Below, piece by piece: positions 1 to 13,342 of a DNA stretch of 64,000 nt; the first letter of the stretch is position 1; every line of letters begins with the position of its first letter. The notes under the pieces were generated by a model. The model was not told the DNA's origin, searched no databases, and saw nothing but the letters and a program-made list of their open reading frames with translations. A program made the translations under genes and the position numbers. Location: positions 14,694,001 through 14,758,000 of the forward strand of contig OZ231126.1 of NCBI GenBank assembly GCA_965153355.1. The letters run 5' to 3'. Source of the DNA: Flaccisagitta enflata (Eukaryota).

Positions 1-190
1 ATGAAGGGTAGTACCCCTGGGCAGACCATAAGAGTCCACATGGCGGGGACCTCGTTAACGATAGATGTGTGCAACATCCGTTCATCTGTTCGCGTTCTAT
101 GTTTTTTTTTTTCTTGTTCTTTGTTTAAGAACATCGCTGCACCGTCGTCAGTTTTTTTCCTAATCCTCCATAATGATTTTCTCCAGCTTC

Positions 191-3025
191 TCAGACCGTT
201 TTTTTCGCGTTCCATTTCCATTTGTCAAATGCATTTTTGAATGCATTCACCGACTTCTGCTCTCTCACGATATCTGGAATTGCATTCCATATCCTTGACG
301 CTCTAGCACAAAAACAGTTGCGCCTTATCTCCAGTCTTGCTGGTTCTTCCTTCAGCACATTTTTCCTTCTTTCCTCCTTTCCATCTGTCACTTTGGTATT
401 TCTTCTTGTGGGCCTTGCATCATCTTCCTCTAATTGGAACCATTTTTCTTTGTCGACTCTGTTGAACCCATTGAGAGTCTTGAAGGTCTCAATGGCGTCA
501 CCTCGTTCCCGTCTTTCCGCCAGCGTTGTGAGGCCAATTTTCACCAATTTTTCCTCATAAGAATCTCCGCGGACGTCCGATAGCAGTCTTACCATCCGTC
601 TTTGCACTTTTTCCAATAAATTTTTGTCTCCTTCCAACCATGGGCACCATGACTGCACGGCAAATTCTAGCTTTGGCCGGACAAATGTTTTGTACAATGG
701 GACGAGGGTTTTCGCGTTTCTATAATGGAAACTTCTTTGAATTTGCCCAAGTGCAAAATTCGCCGCTTTTGCCGCCGCCGCACATTGCTTTCCCGGTTTT
801 CCGGTTGCTTCCATCCAGACTCCCAAGTCTTTCTGCTCCGTCGTTTCGCCGATTTGTTGACCATTCATGACATAATTATATTTTGGATTGTTCCTCCCGA
901 CGTGCATGATTTTGCACTTGTCCGCATGAAACGTCATACCCCATCTCTCGGCCCATTCCATCAGTCTGTCAATCGTTTCTTGCATGCGTTTTTTGTCGTC
1001 GTCATTCTCAACCACTTGAGCGACTTTCGTGTCGTCCGCAAACAGAAGTACCAATGCTTCTAGAACTTCTTTGCATATGTCGTTGATGAAGATATCGAAA
1101 AGGGTTCCTCCCAGCACCGAACCCTGTACGACGCTGCTGAGCACCTCTATCCATTCCGAGAAAACTCCTTCCACTTTCACACGCTGCCTTCATCCCTTCA
1201 TCCAATCTTCAATCCATTTGAGCAGTTTCCCCTTTATTCCCACCGTTTCCAGCTTCATCATCAGTCTTCGGTGACAGACCTTGTCAAAGGCCTTACTAAA
1301 GTCCAAGTATAGGATGTCATACGACTTGCCTTCGTCCAACCATTTAGTCGTCGCGTTGTTAAATTCGATGATGTTTGTCATCACAGATCGTCCCGACCGG
1401 AAACCATGCTGTTCTTCCGCAATCAGCCGATGTCCCTCTATATGGTTCATCACCGACTCCTTCACCAATCTCTCCATTATCTTTCCAGTTACGTTAGTCA
1501 AGCTCACAGGTCTGTAGTTCGCTGGATCCGCTTTTTTTCCCTTCTTAAATATAGGCGTCACTTCCGCGTCGCGCCAATCATCAGGGATTTTTCCGTCTTC
1601 CATTGATTTTCTGAATAACAATGTGAGCGGCTCCGCAATTTCATTTTTTAGTTCCTTCAAAACTCTTGGCGTGATCCCATCCGGTCCCGCTGACGAATTT
1701 TCTTTCAGGTTGCCGATGATACGGAGGACTGTTTCTCTTTCGATAGTGATATCTTCGATGACCTCGTTTGCTTGCTCCGTCTGCATGGCTGATAACGTTT
1801 GATGACAGACCGTGAAAACCGAACCATATTGTTCATTTAGCAGATTTGCCTGTTGTTTTGGGTCAGTAACTGTCCGTTTATCTCTGTCCATAAGCGGACC
1901 AATCCTGCAGCGTGTCTTTTTCGCTTTATTCACAAAGGCATAGTATAACTTTGGGTTTGTTTTGCGGCACTCTGCAATCTTCCGTTCATGAGCATTCTTC
2001 TTTTTTCTTATCTTTTTCTTTGTTTCATTTACTCTTTTCTTATACTCATCTCTATCTCTCTCCTTCTTTGTGTCCTTCCACTTCCTCCATGCCATTTTCT
2101 TCTCTCGGATGCATTTTTTCACGTCAGGGTCCATCCATGGTGGATTTTTTCCATTTTTTCTCTTCTTCCATGGAATGAATTCGGCCATCAACTTTTGGAT
2201 ATGGTTCCTTATTGAATGCCACATTTCGTTTACATTCTTGTCTGCAAGCTCCCTTTTCCAGTTGATATTCGCCGTCGCCGCCCGCATATCTTCAAATTTA
2301 GCTTTCCCATAGTTCAGTGACATACGTTCCCTCGCCTTCTCCGTTGCAACACTCATTTTAAACGTGATCAGATCATGATCACTTTTTCCAATTCTACTCT
2401 CGTTTTTCACGTCGTTTACCATGTCCTCTCTGTTGCACAGCACCAAGTCCAGGATATTCCCGCTCTTGTGAGTTGGCTCCGTCACTAGCTGTTCCATGTA
2501 TTGTTCCATTGTAACCTCGTGGAAGTCTCGTCCTTTACTTCCCGCTTGGCCGTTTTCCCAATCAATGTCCGGTAGATTGAAATCGCCGATGATTACATTC
2601 GGCCCTCGCATCTCTCCCACCCATTGGCACAAGTCCTCGTCGTTTTTTTTACTTGAGTTTGGGGACCGATACACAACGTGCAATTTCACGTTTTCCCCGC
2701 CGTTTTTTATTTCAATCGATGCGCACTGATTGAAATTCGTTTTTACGTCTATTTGTTGCAAATCTACGGCTTTATTCGCGTAGATGACGATTCCACCTCC
2801 TCGCCCCCTCTCGGTGTCATTGCGATCTGACCTGGCCATCAGTTCAAAACCTTCCACATTTAGGAATTGGCTTCCTATCTCTCCGTGCGTCCAGGTTTCT
2901 GTAAAAGCCACAATGTCCGGTTTTTCCAACGCCAAAATTGCTCTTACTTCTTCCATCTTATTGACGATACTCTGCACATTTCCGAATATCACTTTCACCT
3001 GCCTGGCGCTCTCTCCTCCCACCAC
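191..3025 (-). pseudogene. LINE ORF2 (AP endonuclease + reverse transcriptase) interrupted by one in-frame TGA at 1190-1192
   Basis: APE motifs GNVQS, FTETW, GDFNLP, LDLVL, SDH; RT motifs NYRPVSLT, QHGFR, LDFSKAFD, QGSVLG, FADD. The two listed ORFs are in the same frame: WMKG-TGA-RQRVKVEG. Confidence 0.92.
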
Positions 3026-4011
3026 ACCACCTTCCTTTCCCCCTTTATCGTTTTCACCTTGTATTCTCCTCCCGTCCTGCCCTCGTTTTTTGCCGTGTCA
3101 TTGAGTCGGTCCCTCTCCTCTTTCAGTTCTTTTTCCTTCTTCTTTCCCTCTTCTCGCTGTTTCTTAGTGAGATCCGGTGACACGTAGACGTCTCGCCATC
3201 CAGCTTTCCTTCCCAGCAAATATGCTTTTTTCAGGATTCCTTCCCGGGTTCCTTCGTCGCTCAATTTCACGATGAGAGGTCGATTTCTGCCTTGGGTTTT
3301 AGCTCCTGCCCGAAACTTAACTTCCACGGTGCCCTTGACCTCCACTCCCACTTCCTCTGCGATGCGTTTGATGATCTCGGCGTCGTCTTCTTTCTCCAAT
3401 TCGTCGGTATTCATAGATTCCGTTGCGCCGTAGACCACGATGTTGGATCCGCGTTCTTCCATTTCTTTCAGTTCAGTCGACATCTCTTCCTTCACCTCCT
3501 TCTTGGCCTGCTCCATTCCTGTCTCAATCTCCTTCTCCATTTCCACGACCTTTTCTTTCACTTGGTTGTTGTTGGTCTGCAAGAGTGCAAGCTGGGCCTG
3601 CAACGCCTCGATCATTGCTTTCATCGCTGCCCTTTCGGCGTCTGCTATCGCCGCCTTTTGCTCCATACTTTCCACTTTTGCCCGAATCGTAAGCAGATCT
3701 CCATTCAGCCTTGGGGCCACTTTCACACATGTATTACACAGAAACCTTCCCGTTCCGAACAGGTGATTGATCATGTCACCCATCTCGACATGTTCCGGCG
3801 TCGCGTTTTCCATGCACTTAATGTGGATCCATTGCCGGCAGAGAGCGCAGACAAGGCCTTCGCTCTGCAACGCACATTCCTTGCTGCAACGACCACACAA
3901 GTTTTTGGTTCCTCCTTGTGCTCTCTTTTCCCTCCCTGCTGGCGTGCCGGTTTTGTCGGTTTTGTCCTCGTCGTTTTTCGCCGTCGCTCCTTTTTTAGTC
4001 TCATTCCCCAT
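2995..4011 (-). CDS. LINE ORF1 protein (338 aa): PHD-type zinc finger, coiled coil, RRM-like nucleic-acid-binding region
   Basis: CGRC...CALCRQWIHIKC...FLCNTC (C4HC3 pattern); heptad-rich middle region; NIVVYG...RPLIVKL...VYVSPDLT motifs; ATG start. Confidence 0.88.
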   Translation of the reverse strand: MGNETKKGATAKNDEDKTDKTGTPAGREKRAQGGTKNLCGRCSKECALQSEGLVCALCRQWIHIKCMENATPEHVEMGDMINHLFGTGRFLCNTCVKVAPRLNGDLLTIRAKVESMEQKAAIADAERAAMKAMIEALQAQLALLQTNNNQVKEKVVEMEKEIETGMEQAKKEVKEEMSTELKEMEERGSNIVVYGATESMNTDELEKEDDAEIIKRIAEEVGVEVKGTVEVKFRAGAKTQGRNRPLIVKLSDEGTREGILKKAYLLGRKAGWRDVYVSPDLTKKQREEGKKKEKELKEERDRLNDTAKNEGRTGGEYKVKTIKGERKVVWWEERAPGR

Positions 4012-4040
4012 TATTTAGCTGATCCGCAGCAGTGGCGCCG

Positions 4041-4235
4041 ACTTCCAAGCGGCGTCGTTTCGGCGCTGTCGTAGTCGTGGAGGCGTCGCTTAATTGCAGC
4101 GTCACTTCCAGCGGCGTCGTTTCGGCGCTGTTGTATCCGTGGCGGCGTCGTTTCGCCGCACCAATCAATCGTCAATTCCGGCGGCGTCGCTTCGGCGCTG
4201 TCGTATCCGTGGCGGCGTCGTTTCGCCGCAGCGTC
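4041..4235 (-). repeat. Three CpG-rich tandem units of about 60-70 bp in the LINE 5'UTR
   Basis: Repeated gcggcgtcgtttcggcgctgtcgtatccgtgg core at about 4049, 4111 and 4181. Confidence 0.8.
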
Positions 4236-6044
4236 TCGTGTCGCCCTTGGGTGCGATGCCGATCCGCTGCCGATCCGCTGAGTCTTTTCCCGTCTCGTTC
4301 TTTTTCTATTTGAGTCAATTTTCGAGTTTTTTGTCACTCTTCGTTGAGAAGCTTTAATAAATGTTTCACTATTGTTTAGGACGTTGGCTCGTCCGCCCGA
4401 GACCGTCACACGTCTCCCAGGGCCTTCGTCTTAATCAATTAATATCTGAAACACCTAAACAAGTGAAGTAGTAGAAATTAAAAAAATCGTTGAGGGTGGC
4501 AAAAAAAAAGTGATTTCTATGTAAAATTGCATCAGGAATCCATTTTTGATGTTTTTAGGGCCCTACGAGGGGGCCCCTAGAAACGCACCAAAAAAAACAG
4601 CCAAAAATAGCCTATTTTGGCTGTTTTTGTTGAAAATTTTTTGCTTAATGAGACCCCAACCCCCAAATTTTTTTAGTGGACATACTTCTTGATGTAAGAG
4701 ACTGAAAAAAAAATGATCATGATGGTAAGTGATAGTTGGGGTACCTAAAAAGGCCCAAAAAGGGTCCGTAAAACATAGAAAAATCACTTTTTTATTCATT
4801 GCGCGTCTAAAAATGCTTGGATTCCTACAAAATTTGAAATGGAACTTCTCATTTTATGCAACAAGCTTCCTGCAAAGTTTTGTGGCCACTTTTGAACAGC
4901 TTCATGTTGAAATTATGCTCCAAAAGACAAAATTCGACCAAAAAAAAAACAATTTTTGAGTTTTCTTACATGAAAACACTATTTCAAGGTCCCTGAATCC
5001 TACTTTTTTTTTGAAAATGGTTAGTCATGCATCTTGAGAGATCCCAGAAAAAATTTCAGCAGATATTTCCAAAAAATGGCCGAGTTATTACAGTTCAAAA
5101 TGACCTGGTAAATGAAAAAAAAACACTATTTTGTAACTTCAAGGCTGTAGAACTGAAAAATTATACTAAAAGTACCTGGAAAATAGACAAATTAAAAAGA
5201 AGATGCATGGGGAATCCACTACTGGTGGTTAGGGGGCTCTACAAGGGGGCCCCTGGAAACACACCCCAAGAAAAAGCTAAAAATGGCCTATTATGGCTAT
5301 TTTTTGTAAAATTTTCTTGTTTTAAGAGACCCAATCCTTCCAAATGTTTTTGGGTTATACTTCTTGATGTAAGAGACTGCTGGAAAGAGAATCATGATGG
5401 TAGATGATGGTTGGGGTACCTAAAAAGGCCCAAAAGGGGCCCGTAAAACAAAGATCATTTTTTAATCACTGCACGTCCAAAAATGCTGGGATTCCAAAAG
5501 AATTTGAAATGGAAATTCTCATTTTATTTAAAAAGCTTCCTAAAAAATTTTGAACAGCTTCATGGTAAAATTATGCTCAAAAAAACAAAATTCCCCCCAA
5601 AATAAGCCAACTTTTTAGTTTTCTCACATGTAGACACTATTTCAAGGTCATGGAATCCATTTTTTTGTCGCGTGCACGCGACTCTACAACCCGCTTTGAC
5701 CGTCCCTCTGTCCGTCCGTTAGTCTGTTGGTCAAACATTATTCTTTTTATTACTTTTAGTTATTCTTAGTCATTTTAGGTCATTTTTAGTCATTCTAAGT
5801 CATTCTAAGTCATTCTAAGTCATTTTGAGTCATTTTACATTATATTAAGTGACGGATGGAAAGACCAAGTTATACAGTTGGGTGCACTTCACTATCAACT
5901 TCCCGTTTTCAACGTTTTAGGCGAGTCGTCTTTTCATCAACCAACAATAAACGACAGAAACAGATTTATTGCCAAAACTTTTGTTTCGAGTCGAATTTTC
6001 TTTTTACGTATCACCAGTCTCCTACTCCCCACTACCTCCCCCTT

Positions 6045-6220
<176 letters not shown>

Positions 6221-6438
6221 TCACTCACTGCCCTCTTTCCATTTTTATCCCTCCCCCTGTTGTGAGATTCCTTTGTGTCTGTATAGTTGTAACCCACTAT
6301 ATCAGACCCAAGAGTAATGGTTTTAAGGGCCCTTTTTGGGCCCTCTCTGGTATCCCAAACATCACCTACTATCATGATTCTTTCTTTTTCAGTCTCTTTA
6401 GGTATTACCGCCTAAAGATTCTTAAAGTTCAGATCTTA

Positions 6439-6708
6439 GGGGGTGTTTCTAGTCAGAGACAGTTGCGTTTTGAACGGGCCACTAGGTCGCTCGCTATGTT
6501 CATTCGTTCGCACAACTCACTCGCTCTGCAGCGCTCTGCAGCGCTCTGCTTCGCTACACTCGCTTCGCTTGTTTGCTCTGTTCACAGGCTCGCTCACTTG
6601 CTTCGCTCACTCCCTCGTGGGACAGTGGAAATTCTTGAGTATGTGTTCCCGCTGTTATCGCATTTCACGGGTTCATACGCGTTTTTCATTTTCACTAGAA
6701 ACACGCCC
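6439..6708. mobile_element. PIF/Harbinger-type MITE nested in the right arm of foldback 1
   Basis: 15-bp TIR GGG(G/C)GTGTTTCTAGT, TTA on both flanks. A partial second copy lies at about 30519-30700. Confidence 0.8.
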
Positions 6709-9124
6709 TTATTAAGGAAAAATTAAAAAAAAAAACCAAAATGCGCAATTTTAGCCTCTTTTTTTGGGTGCATTTCTAGGGGCCCCCTTGTAGAGCCCCC
6801 AAATCATCAGTAATGGATTTCCCATGCATTTTTAGATAAATTTTACTATTTCCCAGGAACTTTTAGTTTAATCTTTCATTCTTACAGCTTTGAAAATACT
6901 TGTTTTTTTTCATTTACCAGGACATTTTTAACTGGAATGACTAAGTCATTTTTTTTAAACATATGCTGAAATTTTTTCTGGGGCCTCTTTATATACATGA
7001 GTAACCATTTACGGAAAAAAAAAATTTAATTACCTTGAAATAGTGTCTATATGTGAGAAAACTCAAAAGTTGGCTTATTTTGGGGCGAATTTTGTTTGAG
7101 CATAATTTTACCATGAAGCTGTTAAAAAGTGGCCAAAAAATTTTGCAGGAAGCCATTTACATGAAATGAGAATTTCCATTTCAAATCTTTTAGGAATCCA
7201 AGCATTTTTGGACGCGCAGTGAATAAAAAATGATATCTTTATGTTTTACGGGCCCTTATTGGGCCTTTTTAGGTACCCCAACCATCACCTACCATCATGA
7301 TTCTCTTTCCATCAGTCTCTTACATCAAGAAGTATAGCCCCAAAAAATTTGGAAGGATTGGGTCTCTTTAAACAAGAAATTTTAAAAAAAAATAGCCAAA
7401 ATAGGTCATTTTTAGCTTTTTTCGGGGGGGTGTTTCCAGGGGCCCCCTTGTAGAGCCCCCAAACCACCAGTAATGGATTCCCCATGCATTTTCTTTTTAA
7501 TATGTCCATTTTCCAGGTACTTTTAGTATAATTTTTCAGTTCTACAGCCTTGAAGTTAAAAAATTGTGTTTTTTTTCATTTACCAGGTCATTTTGAACCG
7601 TAATAACTCGGCCATTTTTTGGAAATATCTGCTGAAATTTTTTCTGGGATCTCTCAAGATGCATGACTAACCATTTCCAAAAAAAAATTTAGATTCAGGT
7701 ACCTTGAAATAGTGTTTTCATGTAAGAAAACTCAAAAATTGGTTTTTTTTTGGTCAAATTTTGGTTTTTTTAGCATAATTTCAGCATGAAGCTGTTCAAA
7801 AGTGGCCACAAAACTTTGCAGGAAGCTTATTGCATAAAATGAGAAGTTCCATTTCAAATTTTGTAGGAATCCAAGCATTTTTAGACGCGCAATGAATAAA
7901 AAGTGATATTTCTATGTTTTACGGGCCCTTTTGAGCCTTTTAGGTACCCCAACCATCACTTACCATCATGATCATTTTTTTTCAGTCTCTTACATCAAAG
8001 TATTACCACCAAAAAAATTTGGGGTTGAGGTCTCATTAAGTAAAAATTTTCAACAAAAATAGCCAAAATAGGCTATTTTTGGCTGTTTTTTTGGGTGCGT
8101 TTCTAGGGGCCCCCTCGTAGGGCCCTAAAAACATCAAAAATGGATTCCTGATGCAATTTTACATAGAAATCACTTTTTTTTGGCCACCCTCAACGATTTT
8201 TTTTTTTTTTTACATGCTAGCTGAGGATATGCATCTGAGGGAAGTTACGCGGGCGCGGGGTCACAATATCGCTGCGGGCGGGTGGGCAGGGGCGTCCAAC
8301 CCCCATTCACACCCCACACCCGTACACAAAAAACATCTGAAATGCTTGTTTTCCCACTTTTCGACTCGTGTCTACGGACCAGCAAACGGACTGACAAACC
8401 AACGAACCAACGGACGGACAAAGCCTTTAATAGAGTTGCATGTCCGCTTTTAAAAAGGTTTTTTCCTCAAAATAGAAGCGAAACGGGATTCCAGGAAAAA
8501 GGATGCAACGATAAAGCGAGCTTGAAATTCACCGCTTTTTTTAGGCGCCGCAAAAAAAACGTTAGAATTCATTCAGATTTGTTACTTTTTCTCTTTTCTC
8601 TTTTTCGATTTCATTCACAGAGAACCACCGGCCGGCCATCTTGACCCGTCGTCTCAATTTTTCCCCTTTTTCTTCTTCTTTTCTTTCTTTGTTTCATATT
8701 TGCTAATTCTCTTTCACTCTCTTTCCCGATTCCCCCGAAACCTTGCATTTAAAAAAAGAAAACAATGTCCCAACGGTTTTTAACGGCTTCTTTCCAATTT
8801 AGAACCTTTCTAGGTTCTTCTTTTCTTCTTTTCTTAATTCTCTTCTTTCAAGTTTGTGTCCTTTCGAGTTGTGACCAATGAACTGCATCGAAAACCCCTT
8901 TTATCATTTTTTAAAAAGTGTCACCCGTCGCTGAGAAAGAGAGAGAGTAATTGAGTTAGGCAAAATCGACTATCAGCACTACTTCGAGGGATTTCTTCGT
9001 GTTTTTTTTTAGGTTTCTTGGCATCGAATCATATGATTGTTTTTTTTTCTTGTTGGAAGTCGATTTTAGCCGATATATGATTGAATAGAAGCAAGGGAAT
9101 GACTCGAGAATAGTCGAGGGTGAG

Positions 9125-10554
9125 CAGGGAATGTAAAAAAACCAAATTTTTGAAAAAAACCAAAAAAACCCGGTTTATTTAAAAAAACCGGTTTTTATCA
9201 GGGTTTTTTTCAAAGCTCGGTTTTTTTCAAAATTTAATACCGCATTACTTACAAATGACCTTTTCAAACCATACTCTACAGGTGTATACTATTTTGAAGC
9301 ATTCTAAAAAGATTGCTATGATGTTAAAGAGTTTGTAAGACTTTGAGGGTATTGAGCCTATTTGGTACAGACATTATTGCTCATGGAAACTGAACTTATT
9401 TTTCTAGTAGTGATTGGACATGAAGAACATCATAAGTAGTTGATTTCCAAGATCTCAACTTCAATGATTCATATGGATCTAAGATATTTCACCAGTTTTG
9501 ATGAATACAAAACCAATTTAAAAAAAAATTATATTAATCACAGTTGCGCATGTGATGTAAATCATGCTAGTGTCATTGCTAAAAGTGAAAATGAATAAAT
9601 GTCAATATCACTTCACCTTGACCTGAGGGTAGAGAAAAACCCGAGATGAAACTAACATGTATCAATATTTAGCTTGATTTACATGAAATTGATGAAAAGC
9701 ATACTTCTAGTTAACTCAGTGAGATAAAATAAGAACTGAAGCTTTGCAAAACCATGGGCTTTCTTCATATAGAATTTCATCTCACTAGGGCAACAAGCCA
9801 ACTAGAATTATGCTTTTATGTAAATTAAGCTATTGGGTTTTTTTCAGCCCCTAGATCTAGGTGAACTTTGAGAATCATTTGAGAATCATTGTCATTGTCA
9901 GTGTTGTCACTTTTGTCACTATGCATATACGATCTGATTGACTACTGTAAACTGTCAGTTTCACTGTTGACAATTCTGTCATTGTTTTAAGTATGTTGTC
10001 ACTCACCATGTCAGATAGCATTACCAATGATTTATATCCTTTAAGGGTATGGTTTCTTAACAATGTAACCCTCGGGTGATTTGTTGAATTTTGGTTAAAC
10101 AGGTAACAATCATTTGCCCTTATCTGTATTTGGTAAGAACTAGTCTTTTGGGTCAGACTCAGAATGGGTGTTTGCTAAGTCAGTTTTGCTAAATGGAAAA
10201 CTAGTTGTGATGCATGTAGTAACTAGTCAGTGAGGCCTTCTTCCATAGGCCATATTTCTCAGTTTGGGTATAGTGAGGGATATTGTTCCACTTGTCATAT
10301 AATTTTGATATGAAGAAACAAGAAGTTGATGACTTGAAGATAAAATATATCACTCTGAATGTTCTGTAAAGTTTTTTAAAAGGGTAAGAATTACAGCTTT
10401 TAATGAAATCCTAGAATTTGGTCACATGCGCAACTTCTTTCGGGTCAAAATTTTGAAAAAAACCACTTTCGTCGGTTTTTTTTCAAAATTTCTTTGAAAA
10501 GAACCAATAAAAACCGGCAATAAAAACCGGTTTTTTTTCAAGCGGTTTTTATTC
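9125..10554. mobile_element. Probable non-autonomous hAT-type element with an eroded right end
   Basis: Starts CAGGGAATGTAAAAAAACC; AAAAACCGGTTTTT subterminal motifs at both ends; flanked by direct GGGTGAG (9118-9124 and 10555-10561). Confidence 0.5.
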
Positions 10555-10726
10555 GGGTGAGAGTGACTTAAACGTAAACATCAAGGCACGGCCCACTTAT
10601 TATCTACGTCCGACTATTTGGCTGCTTTTTTGTCTATCTGCTATTTTGTTTATCTGTTTGTCTGACTGTTGCTGTAAGTCCGCCTGTCTCTCTGCGTCAG
10701 TTCGCTCTTTCTTTCTCCTTCTCTCT

Positions 10727-10821
<95 letters not shown>

Positions 10822-11023
10822 TTTTGACCATTTTCTCGCCTCTCCATTCAGTTTGTCCGTCGGTCGGTCAGTTGGTCGGTCGTTTTTTTTGGCGTTTTTG
10901 ACTGCTCCTGCCCAAATGTTCTGGTGACCTTCTCAGCTGCTCCTGCCACCCGCACGCGACTAGGGTAGCCGTGTATCCGGCCTTGTTTAGTATACTTCCT
11001 CTTTCCGCATTCTTTTTTTTTTT

Positions 11024-11024
<1 letters not shown>

Positions 11025-11073
<49 letters not shown>

Positions 11074-11075
11074 TT

Positions 11076-11122
<47 letters not shown>

Positions 11123-11156
11123 ATCCTTCCTCTTTCTATCATTTTTTGTCTTTCTC

Positions 11157-11188
<32 letters not shown>

Positions 11189-11192
11189 TTTT

Positions 11193-11239
<47 letters not shown>

Positions 11240-11281
11240 CTCTTTGCCTTTTTCTTTCTCTCTTTGCCTTTTTCTTTCCCC

Positions 11282-11320
<39 letters not shown>

Positions 11321-11345
11321 AATTTCTTTCTTTTTTTTTATTTTT

Positions 11346-11385
<40 letters not shown>

Positions 11386-11391
11386 TCATTT

Positions 11392-11435
<44 letters not shown>

Positions 11436-11439
11436 TCCC

Positions 11440-11493
<54 letters not shown>

Positions 11494-11520
11494 TTTCTTT
11501 CTTCCTTTCTTTCTTCCTTC

Positions 11521-11583
<63 letters not shown>

Positions 11584-11604
11584 TCATTCTTTCCCTCTTT
11601 CTTC

Positions 11605-11667
<63 letters not shown>

Positions 11668-11735
11668 TCATTCTTTCTTTCTTTCTTTCTGTCTTTCTGT
11701 CTTTCTTTCTTCCCTTTTTCTTTCTTTCTTTCTTT
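11025..11735. repeat. (CTTT)n tetranucleotide microsatellite of about 700 bp; an oppositely oriented (GAAA)n tract lies at about 12340-12530
   Basis: Directly visible. Confidence 0.95.
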
Positions 11736-12342
11736 CTTCCGTCTTCCGCATGGCTTAGAATACGATTTTGTCACGAAGTCGATAACCATAAATTGCATAA
11801 TGCAATTTATTCGCGATTTTGATTCTTTTTATTCGTGACTCATTTTGATTTAAGCCATGTTATGACTGAAGTTAATGTCAAGAATTTAAAAGCAAGATTT
11901 CGCTCATACATTTATTTGTTTTTTTAAAGAACAGATTAGAAATCCGCACTTTGTTTGGTGAATGAGAGGTTTGTTGACTTATAAATTGATATCCATTAAA
12001 TTCGGGTTTTGGAGCATCTGTTCACGAATATCTAGCAGATCGTAAAAAAGGTGACAGTTTGAAGTAACAGATAGATTCTTATAGATTTACATGGAGCAAC
12101 AAAAGAAAAAAACGGGGGGGGGGGACGAAGAAGAAGATGGAGGAGGAGGAGGAGAAAATCCCCCATATGTGTGAAAGCATAGGTCATCAACCCCTTCGGG
12201 GCCGCTGCCCAAAAAAAGGATGAATGAATGAGGGTATGGAAGACAGACATTCAATCAGTTACCTCAGACATAGACTGATACACAATCAGAAAGACAGACA
12301 AGACGGACAGAAAAAGAAAAACCCAAAAGGACATGGAGGCGA

Positions 12343-12378
<36 letters not shown>

Positions 12379-12417
12379 ATGAAAGAATGAAAGAATGAAA
12401 GAATGAAAAAAGAAAAA

Positions 12418-12500
<83 letters not shown>

Positions 12501-13227
12501 GAAGAGAGAAAGAAAGAGAGAATGAAAGAATCAGCTTTTCGCTTTAAGTTTAACATAATTAGACTTTGTCCAGACAAGCCATAGAAGTACAGCCCCGAGT
12601 GAGAAATTGGAAAAGAGAATAATTCGCGTAATGGCGAAAAAAACTTTTACGGTTCACGAAAAAGTCCATTGAATTTTCGAATAAAATCTTTAATTACGTG
12701 GAGAGATAAACAAAGAATTGCTCATCATGATTTAAGTCAGCATTTGAAATTACCCGCATGCCACATGCGACAACGAACTAGCGACACTTGATGAAATAAT
12801 CCGGCATTTTACGAATCCGTTTGGTAGGAATATTCCTCGTATAGCGAAACATCGTGTTTTAGACATATTGTTTCGATTTATATTTTTGATTCTTCACATG
12901 GAAAGCACATTGTTTCGGTTATGAATAGTATGAATTGAGTTAAAGATGCGTTGGAGCGAAAGTGAAATGTCTCGGCATATTTCTTTTTTTTTCTTTTTTT
13001 TTTTTTTTGTCTTGTTGTCATGTCTTGAAATTCATGTTAATGATATATCTCAGAGTGTTTACACATTCTTTTATCTTTTCGTGTCATGCTTAATGGAATG
13101 TGCAGTTCATGATGCCGATAAAATCCAAATTAAAAAGTCAGTTCAGATAAAGAAAGTTAAAGCGAGAAAAAAAGAAGTTTTTCATTTGGTCCATTCTCGC
13201 CCTCGCAAACCAAACGAGACTGACAGG

Positions 13228-13342
<115 letters not shown>

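Larger units (their letters stand above)
1..4430 (-). mobile_element. Non-LTR retrotransposon (LINE), CR1/L2-like, near full length; 3' end runs off the window start, 5' boundary approximate
   Basis: Minus-strand order: CpG-rich repetitive 5'UTR, ORF1 (PHD finger + coiled coil), ORF2 (APE endonuclease + RT), 3'UTR. The C-terminal motifs LYKTFVRPKLEFAVQSWCP and LEKVQRR are typical of CR1/L2-group ORF2. Confidence 0.93.

Noticed and set aside
3292-4074. 260-aa plus-strand ORF
   Set aside because: Antisense shadow of LINE ORF1 with no recognisable motifs.
8620-8660. YY1-like GGCCATCTTG motif suggesting a promoter or first exon
   Set aside because: A single short motif with no supportable exon; cannot be distinguished from chance.
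10868-11822. KERK and FFLS repeat ORFs (and similar ER, SL and CV ORFs elsewhere)
   Set aside because: Artefacts of (CTTT)n, (GA)n and (GT)n microsatellites.
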